From Amoebidium appalachense (Eukaryota > Protista > Ichthyosporea): 64,000 nucleotides of DNA. Position numbers and translations under genes: made by a program. The stretch lies in contig CAVNZM010000014.1 of the NCBI GenBank assembly GCA_963693365.1, forward strand, positions 5,208,001 through 5,272,000, given 5' to 3'. The notes under the pieces are model-generated. The model did not search any database and was not told the origin of the DNA. It saw nothing but the letters and a program-made list of their open reading frames with translations. Numbering within the stretch: position 1 is the first letter of the stretch; every line of letters begins with the position of its first letter. Shown piece after piece: positions 1 to 18,899 of this stretch.

Positions 1-172
1 TGAACACGCCATCTTATTGATACATTCGCGTATTGATACACTGCCGGTCCTGCACAATACTATAGGGGCGCAGCTAGATGTCCCTCCATACCTATATATA
101 AATGAATACGCGCGACACCATATATGGTAACTTACTAATCAAACTACCGTATAAATGCACCTCACATGTTAA

Positions 173-747
173 CCTCTTGAGGACCGTAATTTTCACGAGA
201 TCGACATCTAGTCAACTGACATCGACATGAATCAGTTTGTGCTCTAATGTGAGCATGAAGTTGATAGGAACTAGCCAAATAAAAATAGCACGGGATTAGA
301 TTATACACTTATTCTTCGTCTCATGCAAAAAAAAAAATTGAACTTTACCCTAATAACGATACCTTGTATATGGTGTAACTACAAAGGGTGCTTGCCAACT
401 TGACGAGTCAATGTCGACATCGAAATGCTGTCAATGCAATCTTCTGATTGGACCATCCTGAAAATGGCTCCGAATGGCAAAACATGATTGGTCGGCTCAG
501 TCGACAGTCGATGGCAACTACAACTTTTCTCAAAATCTCGAAAGTCACTTCAGAAACAGATATGAAAGTATACGAAATGATGATATTTTCCACAAATCAT
601 CTTAGTAACATATGTAGGTAAGATATGTCATATACCTGTCGGCATATGCAATCTATTTGATCTTTTCCTATCGATTTTGAGCCGCAATAGAGTTGTTTAG
701 GCCTAGGTCGGGACCCGTCCAAATCAATTAGTCCGGGCCCCAAGAGG
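173..747. mobile_element. piggyBac-like non-autonomous element (MITE)
   Basis: Termini CCTCTTGAGGACCG (173-186) and the reverse complement of 734-747 (CCTCTTGGGGCCCG) match 12/14. Flanks are TTAA (169-172) and TTCA (748-751). No coding capacity. Confidence 0.55.
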
Positions 748-748
748 T

Positions 749-1822
749 TCATATTATTATGGCTGAAAAACGGGGATGTATTAAACGCACGGGACCCCTG
801 TAATGCACCTGCACAAACACATTGTTAGTACACACACACATGGCACACACCTGCTTGAAGTCCGTGTCCGACACTATGTCGTAGATGAGTGTCCGGTATG
901 ACGACTTGCACATGGGGCACAGGCGGGAGTTTTCCGACCACTGAAGGATGCAGATATAGCAGAACTCATGTGCACGGCAGTCAAGGAAATACCAACACAT
1001 TATAGGGTGAAAGAGAGGGGAGAAGGATGTAGTGACAAGTAAACGAGACCGGGGGGGGGGGGGGGGGGGTCGCAGCGAATGAAAAATATGTGTATTGATC
1101 AACGGAAAAGAGCATTTTGATATATAAGAAAGTTCCCGGGGGGGGGGGGGGGGGGGGGGGGGGAGTCTTAGATAGCACGATGAAAGGGTGTTTGGGGATG
1201 TATGTTGCTTGGTTTGAAAAGCTTTGGGGGGAAGAGGGGGGGGGGGGGGGGGAGGGTTTGAATGCGGAACACGGTACGAAGTACGCATACACGATGAGAG
1301 GGAAGCATGGTGCAGGACACATGCAAGGGTAAACATCCAAGTATGCAACATCAGCCATGCGCACAGTGTGCGTCATAAGCAAAGCCCATCCTCCGAGAGG
1401 GGGGGGGGGGGGGGGGGGGGGGGGTGCGTGTGTGTGTGTGGGTCTGTGCAAATGCAAGCGTACATGCATGTGTGCAAGTGTAAGTGGTGATTTGTGTGGT
1501 GTTGAGTGTTAGTGTATGAGTCCGAATGTGTGTGGTGTAAGCGTATGTATGCGCAAGACTGCACGCTTGCGTGTTCATGTGTGGGCCAATGAATGAACAG
1601 TTCGGTCGGTAAGCGGTGGATGGGAGGGGGGGGGGGGGGGGGGGGAGCGGTGCACGCAGAGGCCCGTGTGTGTGTGTGTGTGCGTGTGTTCAGTGTTTGT
1701 GTAATCTGGACATGTGTCCGTGCATGCTGGTGTGTCTGTGTATGCATGTGCATCTACTTGTGTGTGTGCAGGAGAAAGAGAACGTGTGGTCTGTATGTGT
1801 GTGTGTGTGTGTGTCTGTGTAT

Positions 1823-1855
<33 letters not shown>

Positions 1856-2060
1856 GGGGGGGGGGGGGGGGGGGGGGGGAGGGGTGAAGTCTTCCTCAGG
1901 GGGAGGAGGGGTTGTCATAAATATGGGTGGATATGAAAGCACTTGTCCAGGCATGTTCGAGTGCTGAAGTCCTCCAAGCAGATGGGGCATCTTTCTCTCT
2001 CTGGGCTGGGCACATCGGAGGCAGCGGCACTTTTTCCATCTTCACTTTCGGTTGTGACCA
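749..2060 (-). CDS. C3HC4 RING-finger protein (Topors/PHRF1-like E3 ligase), partial model
   Basis: Exons 2060-1935, 969-851 and 808-749 (or a GTGCGT donor near 790) splice to [58 protein letters not shown]. Intron 850-809 is GT-AG with TACTAAC; intron 1934-970 is AT-AC. Further 5' exons up to about 3560 are plausible but uncertain. Confidence 0.85.
970..1934 (-). other. U12-type (minor spliceosome) AT-AC intron
   Basis: 5' end ATATCCAC, branch site TTCCTTGAC (988-980) about 11 nt from the terminal AC. Removal restores the RING His codon (C|AT) in frame. Confidence 0.88.
1256..1398 (-). repeat. Dispersed intronic SINE-like repeat, copy A
   Basis: GAGGATGGGCTTTGCTTATGACGCAC...GTACCGTGTTCCGCATTCAAAC(C)n. 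Clear homology to 41318-41388 and 41700-41822. Confidence 0.8.
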
Positions 2061-3148
2061 CTGCAAAAGGACAAAGAACAATGATCCGTGTCAGAAATGT
2101 TAAGTTTGCTTGATGTTCGTTTACGGGTATGTAAAAGAATTTGTTGTGACTGCTGAATACCTACAGAGATACACAGAGAGAAGAGCGATGATCCGTGTAA
2201 AACAGGTTGCTACCCATATATATGATGTTCAGTTGCAGATGTTTAAAGAATTTGCCAGCATCTAAGTATATTAAGGAGCACTATGCTGTCTTTGCAATGA
2301 TGAATTTCAAATATGGCTCTTACTTGACCTTCTGTGCTTCTATCACCTTGCCCCTTCCCCCCCCCCCCCCCCCCCCCCCCCTTCCCCCCCCCGGCCTTCC
2401 CCTCCAACCCACCCACCCACCCACCCACCACCACCACCACCACCACCCCCTTCCTCTCGTTCCCCCTCCCCCCCCCAAAAAAAGGCCTAAACCCCCCCCC
2501 CCCCCTTCCCCCCCCCACTAAATAAGATACCAAGTGCAACCGGAGATCTTGCTCCTGGTCCAGGAAAGAAACGAGCAACAAGAGCGGAGGGAACGCAACC
2601 CGAGGTGGAGGGTTGTGTGGGAACGGGGGGGGGGGGGGGGGAGGAGGAGGGGGGGAGGACGGGGACCGGGGCCGGGGGAGATGAGCATAACCCAAGTGCA
2701 AGTACAGCACAGAAAGTTCCATCCCATCACCTAAAATTAAGGGGAAAAGCTCGAAACATTGACTTTCACTAAGACAGCCTATTCACAACAAGGTGAAACT
2801 GGTCTCGCTAGGAGCAGTTCGAGCACGAGAAAGCTCAAAGTGACAAAAAATTCACCCAGCTTACACCTCTTTTCGTGTGCCTAAGAATGTAATCGAGGAC
2901 CCTACGATTGAAATCACAGCAAAAGCCACCCGCCTTTGCAAGAACAGAACAGAGCAGATCGAAGTCAACACATAGAAAGCCGTACAAAGTTGGAGGCCTC
3001 GATCCTTGCATTCACACACAAGAGAGAGCAAGCACACACACGCGCACATACACACACTAATAGAGTAGGAGCGGGGGGGGGGGGGGGGGGGGGGGGTTTG
3101 GAGCGAAGGAGAATGAGACACACAGAGAGAGAGGGGGGGGGGGGGAGG

Positions 3149-3188
<40 letters not shown>

Positions 3189-3877
3189 AGAAAGAGAGAG
3201 GGAAAGAGAGAGAGAGGGAGGGAGGAAGGGAGGGAGAGAGGGAGGGGGCGGAGAGAGCGAGAGACAAGCGCGCAAGGACACGCGCACGAGCACACACGCA
3301 CACACACAAGCACAGGTCCATGAATGCAAGTGCACACGCGCAACAGGTACCCACAAGCGCGCGAATTTATACACACGCGCACGCACACGCAACAGCACAC
3401 GCACACGCACATGGATAAAAGCGTGATCACTCATACAAGAGTATACATAAATTACGCTGAGACACACGCGCCAATATTTGCACACACCCACAAAGCCACA
3501 AACACAGACACGGAGTCGAACACCTACCCTCTTGCGGCAATCCCAACTTGTCAGACATAATTCCTGAAGGGGCCACCAGACCGATATTTGTGTGTCAAAG
3601 CCTCTGGTGCTACTTCATTCTACGCTAAGCAGGTAGGTTCAATGGTCACCCAGATCCAGGAACGAATTTTGAAGGAAAGAAAAAGACAGTCAAGATGCGT
3701 TGTAACAACAAATTTCCCTGTAGTTCTCCAGCTACAAGACACTCAAAGTATCGATACATGCCATGTGATGCTTAAAATAAAGATTGTTTTTTCGAGTTCC
3801 AACTCTTCATCCGTGAGAACATCGTGAAAATCAGAGTGAAAATCTTGTCGCGTGCATGCATGGAAGCTCTGCTGACT

Positions 3878-3950
3878 GGTGACGTAGCGTGACGTCATGC
3901 TTTTTTTCAATTTTACGCAAAAAAAGTGGTGCGCATTTAGCCAATCAGTG
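3878..3950. promoter_or_regulatory. Putative promoter elements (CRE TGACGTCA and CCAAT box)
   Basis: GTGACGTAGCGTGACGTCA at about 3879-3898 and AGCCAATCA at about 3939-3947, between divergently oriented genes. Motif match only. Confidence 0.3.
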
Positions 3951-6202
3951 TGCATGTGAAAGAAGATAAATTCCAGCCAGAAGTCGAACTCGGACGTCGA
4001 CGTCGTCAGAAAACCTTCAGAGTTCTCCTCGTCCATCTGTCTGTCGCTTCTCCTATTTTGCGTTTTCGTTTTTTCTTTTGGTTAGACTTCTCTGATAGCT
4101 TACCTGCCTTCATTTTTTGCTCTAGAAAGCTTTGTATTCGAGTTGCTGCACATGCGCTGGCAGATACCAAGAAGCCAGTCCTATCACTGTTGAACTGTGA
4201 GACGAAGAACTTCAAATGTACACTAAAATTATCTAGAGTTGGTGTTTTCACAGTTTGATGCAATGTCTCTGGCACCCACTTATAAAAAGAGAAAACCCCC
4301 TTCACAGTCCGGCGATAATCATTTCTCTCTTTGCCTTCGGTGTAGATTCTGAAGACACTCAGCTGGTGGCGCTCATTGTACAACGTTAACGTGTCCCTGC
4401 AGGGTGAGTGGTGTGCAGTGACATAGGCTGCACTGGGCTGATGTTCAGTATCAGAGTATCTACCAGTAAACTTCTTTTTGCACTTATATGACATTTCCTA
4501 GCTTATTTGTAATGGGAAGGGATCTACGGATATAAGAGAAGACACTGTGGGTGCACGTTTTGCTCTGCAGAAAAGACTCAGGTGAAATTTTGTCTGTAAT
4601 CATGATGTGAAGGTGTTATTCGGAGAGACAATTACTCAGCCATACTAGCTAACTACACGACTCTAAAGAAGCTTTTTGATACTATCTTTACTATTTTTCG
4701 TGGGGTTTCTTTAAGTCTACCAACTTTTAATAAGCTAAAACAATAAATTCACACAAAAATATAAAACAAGCAGCTTGCCAGAAGAAGCCGCAAGACTCAA
4801 TTTGGGTGGATCCTAGCCTAGTTTACACATGGATTTTTTCAGATCTCCAGTAATAATTGCATTTCTTCGAATATCGGAGAGCCGACCAAGCATAACTTGC
4901 GAGAGCCAAAAAGAACCAACATGACCACGTTGAGCCCATTCATTCTAGCACTCAAAACTCATTCTACACAGATGGACAACCAAGCCAAGCCGGAGATAGG
5001 GAGCGATGCCGACTATGCTCTGAACCTTGCCTGGTATACAAACGACAGTGAGGTGGATCTCCGTTGGCTGGTGAGTGCAAGATACAACCGATACCAACCA
5101 CACCGCTTCCTATCAGTGTATGTGTGTCCAGCCGGATTTTTGTCACGGTTTATGGTTGACAAAAGCTGCCCGCTCATGATCAGTGCTGGAAGAAAAAAAA
5201 ACGAGAATAATTGTCACATTCCTCTTTTCGTTGATATGTTTTTTTTTTTGGGTAAGCACGGTGTCCAAGAGTGGGCCTGGTGCAGCTGGCCTCGTGTGTG
5301 TTCTGTCGACAGTTTGTTTCCACCCATTTCCCTGGCCCGAATTGCATTTTGATTAATGCTTAATTGGTGATTTAGAAAGTAGCCCAGGCATATTAAAAAA
5401 CGTGTTCTAGTTGCTGCGGACATGACCTTCTGCCCGCCTGAAGGTTATGCCAATTTTTGTGTTGTGTGTGTCCGTGTTGTTGTCTCGGAGTCCCCGTCGA
5501 GGTCACAGTTGTGGATGGGGGGGGGGGGGGGGGGGTCTATTGATAATCAAAGATTGCTATAGCTTCCATATCATCTGTACAACTGACAGTAAAACCAGAT
5601 TTTTAGTTTTAAGTGCTTTAAAAAATCTGAGGCTGTACGGAAGGGCACAGAGCTATACTATGTACAGTACAGCCTTGAAATATAAAACCGTGTGCTTTAT
5701 ATTTTTCCAGGCATTGTTGAATGCCGGACTTGATAAATAACTGGAATAACATCTCTCAAAACGTCTCTCCCCCGCCAGCCCCTGCCTGAGCCTGCATCAG
5801 GGCGGAAAGAAGGAATGAGGATCTCCTCTTCAAGCATCCTGAGTGGCCGTCGACCAACAAGCCAGGCTAGCACGTCGGTATGTCATGCATCCGCATGGCA
5901 TGGTTTCCCACTTCAGTAGTGAACCAATCAAATTGAAGTACTGGCACGGTTTAAAAAAAAAACAAAAAATCAAAAGACATAAAGCATCCCGGAATACCAT
6001 AAGTTATGGTCGACTTGTGGGTAATACTAAAGTTGCTAAGGCTTAGGTCATGCGTATTCTCGTTGTGGTTTATGAATCATCAAATCATGGCGCTATGGTA
6101 CCTATGGTACAATGGCGTTACACTCTGCTTGCTGATTGAAGCTTCACGCTGGGGTGTGTGCCGCTGTGCCACTCCCGTTGCAGTCGAGGTGGGTGTCACC
6201 TG

Positions 6203-9200
6203 ATGTTGGACCCCCCAGGGGAAGCTCTTTCCAACCAAGATGATTTGTCAAACCCGGCTGATCATGTGGGTGGTTTGTGTTTGTTTTGCAGAGAACAGCT
6301 GTGACCCCACAGAAACCTGCCTTCCACCGGTCTCGCTCCATGCCGGGTGGAGACGATGCAGTTGATGGCTCCCTGAACTCTCCTTCACCAGAGCACAAAG
6401 GTAACCCATGCATGTGTGAGCATTTAGTTTAGTAGTGGATGCCTTCAAACCCGCCCCAAATTGTTTGTGTGGTTGCTAATTAGATAGTGCTGTTTCAGCC
6501 TCGTTTAAGACTGATTTTGCATGGCCATCAGTAGGACACCCCGGGGGGAGGGGGGGGGGGGGGGGGGGGGGGGGGGACACTAGCAATACTAATTCACTGG
6601 TATACCTTTGGGGGGCCCCCGGGGCCGGGGGATTCGAACTGGGCCCGGCGGGAGGGGGGGGGGGGGGGGGGGGGGGGGGACCTTTATGAGGGGTTGGCGC
6701 TACACGTGCCGGGCTACTAGGTTACCTTTCATTTAGGCTACCATACCTTTTTGGATCAGATTCATAATGAATTTTTTTCTTGTCAAATAATTGGATTCAA
6801 CGTCCCCTACAGGTGGTCTGAAGGGACTCAATGACCTGACGGGGGGTTTGGCGACTATGCGCAGCAAGGCAACAACAGCGTATGCTTACACCAAGGTCAC
6901 GTTTATACATGGACATGTGTTCAAATTAGGTGTGTTTGTGAGAATAAAACAAGTTTCGGAATCTGTGATAAGTCGGGTACAACCTCAAGACTACCTGTCG
7001 GACCAGTATACGGAGAAGGGTCAACCTGGAATCAAATTCGAATTCACTCATCTGAGTTGCCAGTGGCATAAAGGTAGCCAAGCATTTTTTAGGTTGTTTT
7101 AAATTAAAGAATAATTAGGAAACACTCGCCCTGCCTAAGCCGGTAGGTTTACATACATGTGTACACAAAATATCGTATGGTTAGCAAATAGGTCTGACAC
7201 AGGCAATTTTTGCAGGCAGCTTTCTCGGCCTTGAACAGCGGAGATGCACTGCGAAAGCAGTCGTCTGCAAGCTCACCCCTGTTCGAGCATGGCAAGGTGC
7301 TTGCCGAAGCCTCTCGGAGTAGCCCCCTGGTGACCTCAGGTGTGTACTGCACTATACGTACGGCCATGGCCATGTGCACCTCTATCCCCACCCCCCCCCC
7401 CCCTCTCACGCCCTTCCTCCCCCCCCCCCCCCCCCTCCCCTTCCCACCACCACCACCATATGGCATGAGTGCACCACCACACCACTAAGTATGCCTTCCC
7501 CACCCCCTCACCCTCCACCCAGACTCTCCCCGGTGCACGGTTCTTACTTTCCAATCATCAAAGTCTCATGCGTACCATGGCTTGAAAAGACATAAAAAGC
7601 TTTCCGGATATCGATCCTCACCCTTCCTGGCATCTAACTTTATCTCTTTAGAAAGGCAAGTGGAAGGGGGGTTGTGTGTGTGTGTGTGCTGCTGCTGCTG
7701 CCGCTGCTGCTGGTGGTGGTGGTGGTGGTGGGGGGGGGGGGGGGGGGGACATGTGTACACAATGTACCATGCGCCGTAAATCAATCTGACATTTGGCGCT
7801 TGCAAGTCTCAGGCTAGGTAAGAAAAACCACAGACACAGATTATTAACTTACTTCTACCGCCAGGCAATAGTGGTTACATGCCTCGTGGAGTGGGCCCGG
7901 GCCATCTGCTCAACACTCATTCCGAAGGTGCATTGCAGTACATCGGGACGGACATGTTCGACGGACTCTCATCCCCGGTGTCTAGTTCCATGTCCGATCT
8001 GCACGTCCTCTCCCCGATTGCAAGTTCAAACAGCGAAACCCCATGCACGACACCTCGCAAGACAGACAGTACCGCGAGGTAAGTCTATAATGCAACGGCG
8101 ATTGGTAATGTTTGCCCGAAAAATTCCCTTTGATATTGAATTTGACTGAAAGCAACATGTGAAACATGGTATATTCCTACTTTTTAAATTGTTTTTTATT
8201 TGGAGCCAGTCCAAATTTCATCTCAAGGGGGGGGAGTCGAGGCCATCATGGTACAATATTGCCAATGCTGTGGTAATGCATTTTCAAGTTATTTCCAATT
8301 ACACCCAGCTCGCGCCAGACATCGAGTTCAGAAGAGCCAGCAGCCACCCCCACCACCCCGGTGCACAACAGCAAGAAGCAGCCCAGAACCAGATCCAAGC
8401 CCGAACTCTCTGCTGCCGAGCACATGATCTCTCTGTTTGCTGTGTCAAGTGGCAACAGCGGGTCTGCCCCAAGCATGCGCTTCTATCGGAATTCAAACCT
8501 GCCCTTTGTTCCGGCGTCTCCCCCTGACTCCCCCCTGTTGCTTCTCCCCGTGCAATGCTGGCGGCAATGTCGTTTCGCCAAGGCCGCAAAACATATGCTG
8601 GACGACCAACCGGGAAGGTGTGTGTGTGACTGTACGTAGTGGGGAGGAAAGGAGCTTGCGGAGAGGGGAAAGGAAGGCGGCGGCGGGGGGGGGGGGGGGG
8701 GGGGGGGGAGATGTCATTGCAATCGAATATCCTTTAACGCTGAGCTCACCATAGTGCTCTATTATGAAGAGAAACGGCAAAACAATAGTGTTTTGGCTAT
8801 ATTACGTATATATACTTTCACATTTAACAAGGTTTTTAATCTTTTATTGTGTGCTAAAACCACCCGGTTCTGCCCAACAGGACAAGGCTGTTAGCAGCAC
8901 CTCGGGCGGCAGACATGGCATTGACCACCCACTCACAGTGTCTGGGATGGCCGTGACCTTCAGCTTCGAGTCTATCGGGGAATCTGATGAAGTCTTTGAT
9001 GAAGGTAATTATCATACTAGTAGCACTCCCCCTTTCCCCTCAAATGATGGCAGACTGCATGCAGCTGACACATGTTTCTGTATTCCCGTTGCAGAAACCG
9101 AACCCGAGCCGAACGAAGCGACCTCTCAGACTGGCACACTGCGTCCCGCCCCACCCTTCGGCAAGCGTTACGGTCGGGCCTCAAGCAACCCTTCTGTGCG

Positions 9201-9237
9201 CCTACACACAATACTTGACGATTACCATGACAACTGA
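6203..9237 (+). CDS. Unknown Ser/Pro-rich, probably disordered protein (multi-exon)
   Basis: Chain of phase-compatible GT-AG exons at about 6203-6265, 6292-6400, 6813-6895, 7216-7339, 7865-8078, 8329-8617, 8881-9004 and 9095-9237. Needs one extra C in the C6 run at 8530-8535. Start codon uncertain; no recognisable domain. Confidence 0.6.
6540..6720 (-). mobile_element. Degenerate tRNA-derived SINE-like sequence in an intron
   Basis: B-box GTTCGAATC on the minus strand (6639-6631) in a GC stem and a weak A-box-like TAGCCCGGCACG near 6716. Interrupted and ended by C-runs. Confidence 0.35.
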
Positions 9238-9804
9238 ACTACGAAATGAATTCATAACAACAAAACATGGCCTGAAAATGAATGATTCAATAGGCGCCTA
9301 AGCAAGTAGATGGGTTATGCGTATGTGTAGCCGAAGTGGACCACAGATACTGTATATGTGACATATGCAAAAGTGTCAATGGGTCATTGCTGACGTCGAA
9401 TATACTAGTCACTCACTTCCGACTGTCTCACAGCACCGTTGAAGTAAATACAGTAATTACAATAATGCGACACGCTGAGTAACAGCACCGCCTGTGGCTG
9501 TGCACGTGTAGCCGATACATGAGTACTGAAGAACATATATAGAGAGACTAGTACTGATGTCACTTTGTGCTTTTATGTATGTGTGTGACATATGCATCAT
9601 CACGTGTTGAACGATACAACGTTTGGCTGCACTGGTTTGCCACATGAGCGCTATCCTTTGTGCCGCATTCAAGTGATCGACGGTCATGATCACAAGGCTG
9701 TGCAAACATGTGCATGCAATCATGCGTTTGTTTGATACACCAGACGTTCTATTATGGCATTGATCCCACAAGTTATCTTAACATGTATAGAAAGCATTCT
9801 AGGC

Positions 9805-10935
<1,131 letters not shown>

Positions 10936-11388
10936 TCTGCGTGTGTGTGTGTATGGTGTGATGAGAGCGGCTCGCACACTGCTACCGTGCGTCAACTTGG
11001 TCCGGCGCCTTCGGAGTGAGTGGGCGGAGAAGTGGGGGGTAGTGTGTGGGGGGGGTGCTACGTAACCGGTGAAAACGAGTCATGACTTTGATGCGCGCTT
11101 AAGCAATCTTACGAAGTCTTGGTTTGCCAAACCAGCCAGTAGGAAGACCGGTTACATAGTAACAAGACATTCCATTGTCACAGACTTGCACATACGTACA
11201 CATGTGTAGAAGAGGTTGATGCCAGACCTATTCACTTGATGGTTACAAACGAGTTGTGCAGCTGATGTTAGCGAGGAAAAAGAAAGAGAAACACTGGAGC
11301 AAGAGGTTGAGCCAGTTAAACTTCTAAGATACAGCAAGGCGAAAAAAGGGACGTTCCTTCGTGCTGGCGATTTCGAACCTGCCACAAC

Positions 11389-16877
<5,489 letters not shown>

Positions 16878-17079
16878 CGTTTGCTGTTTTATTGGTTTTC
16901 TTTCTTTACGAGCAGCTTTTCCATTTTATTTTTCTCTCTCTCTCTCGCAATTTTTGTTGTTTTTTGTTGTTTTAGTGTACTACATTTGTGTGTATGATTT
17001 TGGGTGTGTGTGTGGTGGTGGTGGCGGCGGCGATGGTGTGTGTTCGGGAGGGTGGGCTGTGGGGATGGGGTGGGGGGAA

Positions 17080-17110
<31 letters not shown>

Positions 17111-17365
17111 GCAGTTGCTTGTAGTTCTTGGTTGCCGTGGCTTGTTGAAAATTTTACACTGGGTGTGGGCGGTTACTGATGTCTTGGTGGCAGTCTAAGA
17201 TCCGGGTTGGGGTTCCCGGTTGGCAAGGCTTGATGAAATCGCTTCTATGTGCATGTGTCATGATGTGTTGGGCTGATGGTTTTGGTTTTATATCGGTGAC
17301 ACTGCACGAGCATCGTAAGTGTGTGGTTTTCTAGATCCCCCCCCCCCCCCCCCCCTCTCTCTTTT

Positions 17366-17507
<142 letters not shown>

Positions 17508-18899
17508 GGGGCTGCCGGCTTCTTCTTCTTTATCTCACAAATAGTCGAATGTCATGAAGCCTCAGTGTGGCATGTGGTTTTTTTGCCCCCTTGTGGATTT
17601 TTGCTTTATTTTTTGTTTTTGTTTTTTTTGTTTTTGAATGTGTTCATACATCATTTTTGACCTTGATTTCTTTTTTTTTTTTCTTTTTCTTTTTCTTTTT
17701 TTTTTTTTTTCCCCTTTTCGAATGCACAGGTTACAAGCTCAATTGGGAAAACATAATAAGCACGGATATGGCCTTTGCAGTTCTGTTGACGGAGCTAGCG
17801 CTATAGGACGTAATAGAGCAATAAATATGGGCCCCGCGCCATCCCGTGTTCATAATCACTTGTTTTTTGGTCACTACGGATCATAATAAGTATACAACAA
17901 CCACGGTGAGCGTGTATATATGTGTGTGTGCGCGCGCGTGCATGCTTGTGTGTGCGCGCGCTTGCTTGTGTGTGTGCGCGCGCACGCGTATGTGTCCTTG
18001 TTAGTCCGACTGTCGTGGTAGTGGTGGTAGAAAGCGGGAGGCTGTGCTACAGTACTAGTGGCACTGTCTGCACACGTGCACGCTAGTAACAGCTTCCACC
18101 ATGCCATGATGCATATGTGTGCCGGCAATGTTTTTCTGTATTAGTATCGGATTATGACCAAGCTTAGTTACTGACATCCAGTGTGATATTCTCCACAAGC
18201 CGTCCTCTCTTCGTATTAGAGATAAGGAGGATTTCGTTGATCATTCTATATGTCCTTTGGACTTTTCGTAGGCTGATGAATATGTTACATTTAGCCCCAC
18301 TGTATTATTCAGAATCTGGCAATTGCAAAAAACCATTCTCCACAATGTGAAAACATGGAAATGAACTCGCAAATAATAACATACTATCATGATTTATGTG
18401 CTCGGACAGCTCTTAGGCCCCGCCCCTTCCTGGGAGGGGGGAAGGAATCCAATTCTATATAAACTGCTTTAACATACTCGGCCCAACAGGAGCACTGCAC
18501 TCAGAATACATATTCTGATACATGAACCACCACCGTTCAGACATCAGGGAACACACTGTAGGTAGCGTGCGATGAGAAAAAATGTCAAAAGACATTACGC
18601 CTGTCTATATTCCTACTTTTTTAGTCGTCTCTTTTTTTAGTGCATAATCTTACTATGTACTAGTACTCAATCATTCCCCCCCCCCCCCCCCCCCCCCCTC
18701 CCCTCCCCCCGACCTTTTTTCCGCCTACTTTCCTTCCATTGGGTCAACACACACACACACACATACACGCGCGCGCGCGCACGCACACGCACACAAAAAA
18801 CACAACACACACAACGAAAAAAAAAAAGGAAAGGAGAGAGCCTCGGAGAAAGAAAGAATGATAAGAAGAGAAAAAAAAACCAAATATTAAAACACCCCG

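Noticed and set aside
1330-1360. [12 protein letters not shown] as the missing first half of the RING
   Set aside because: This sequence is the dispersed repeat also found at 41.3-41.8 kb. The true half lies at 1935-1990.
4006-5352. ORFs 4006-4494 (-) and 4897-5352 (+) as genes
   Set aside because: No recognisable motif, and I could not build a consistent exon chain. They may be UTR or unresolved exons.
8530-8535. Frameshift making the 6203-9237 gene a pseudogene
   Set aside because: One extra C in the C6 run restores the frame and the splice phase, which is typical of a long-read homopolymer error.
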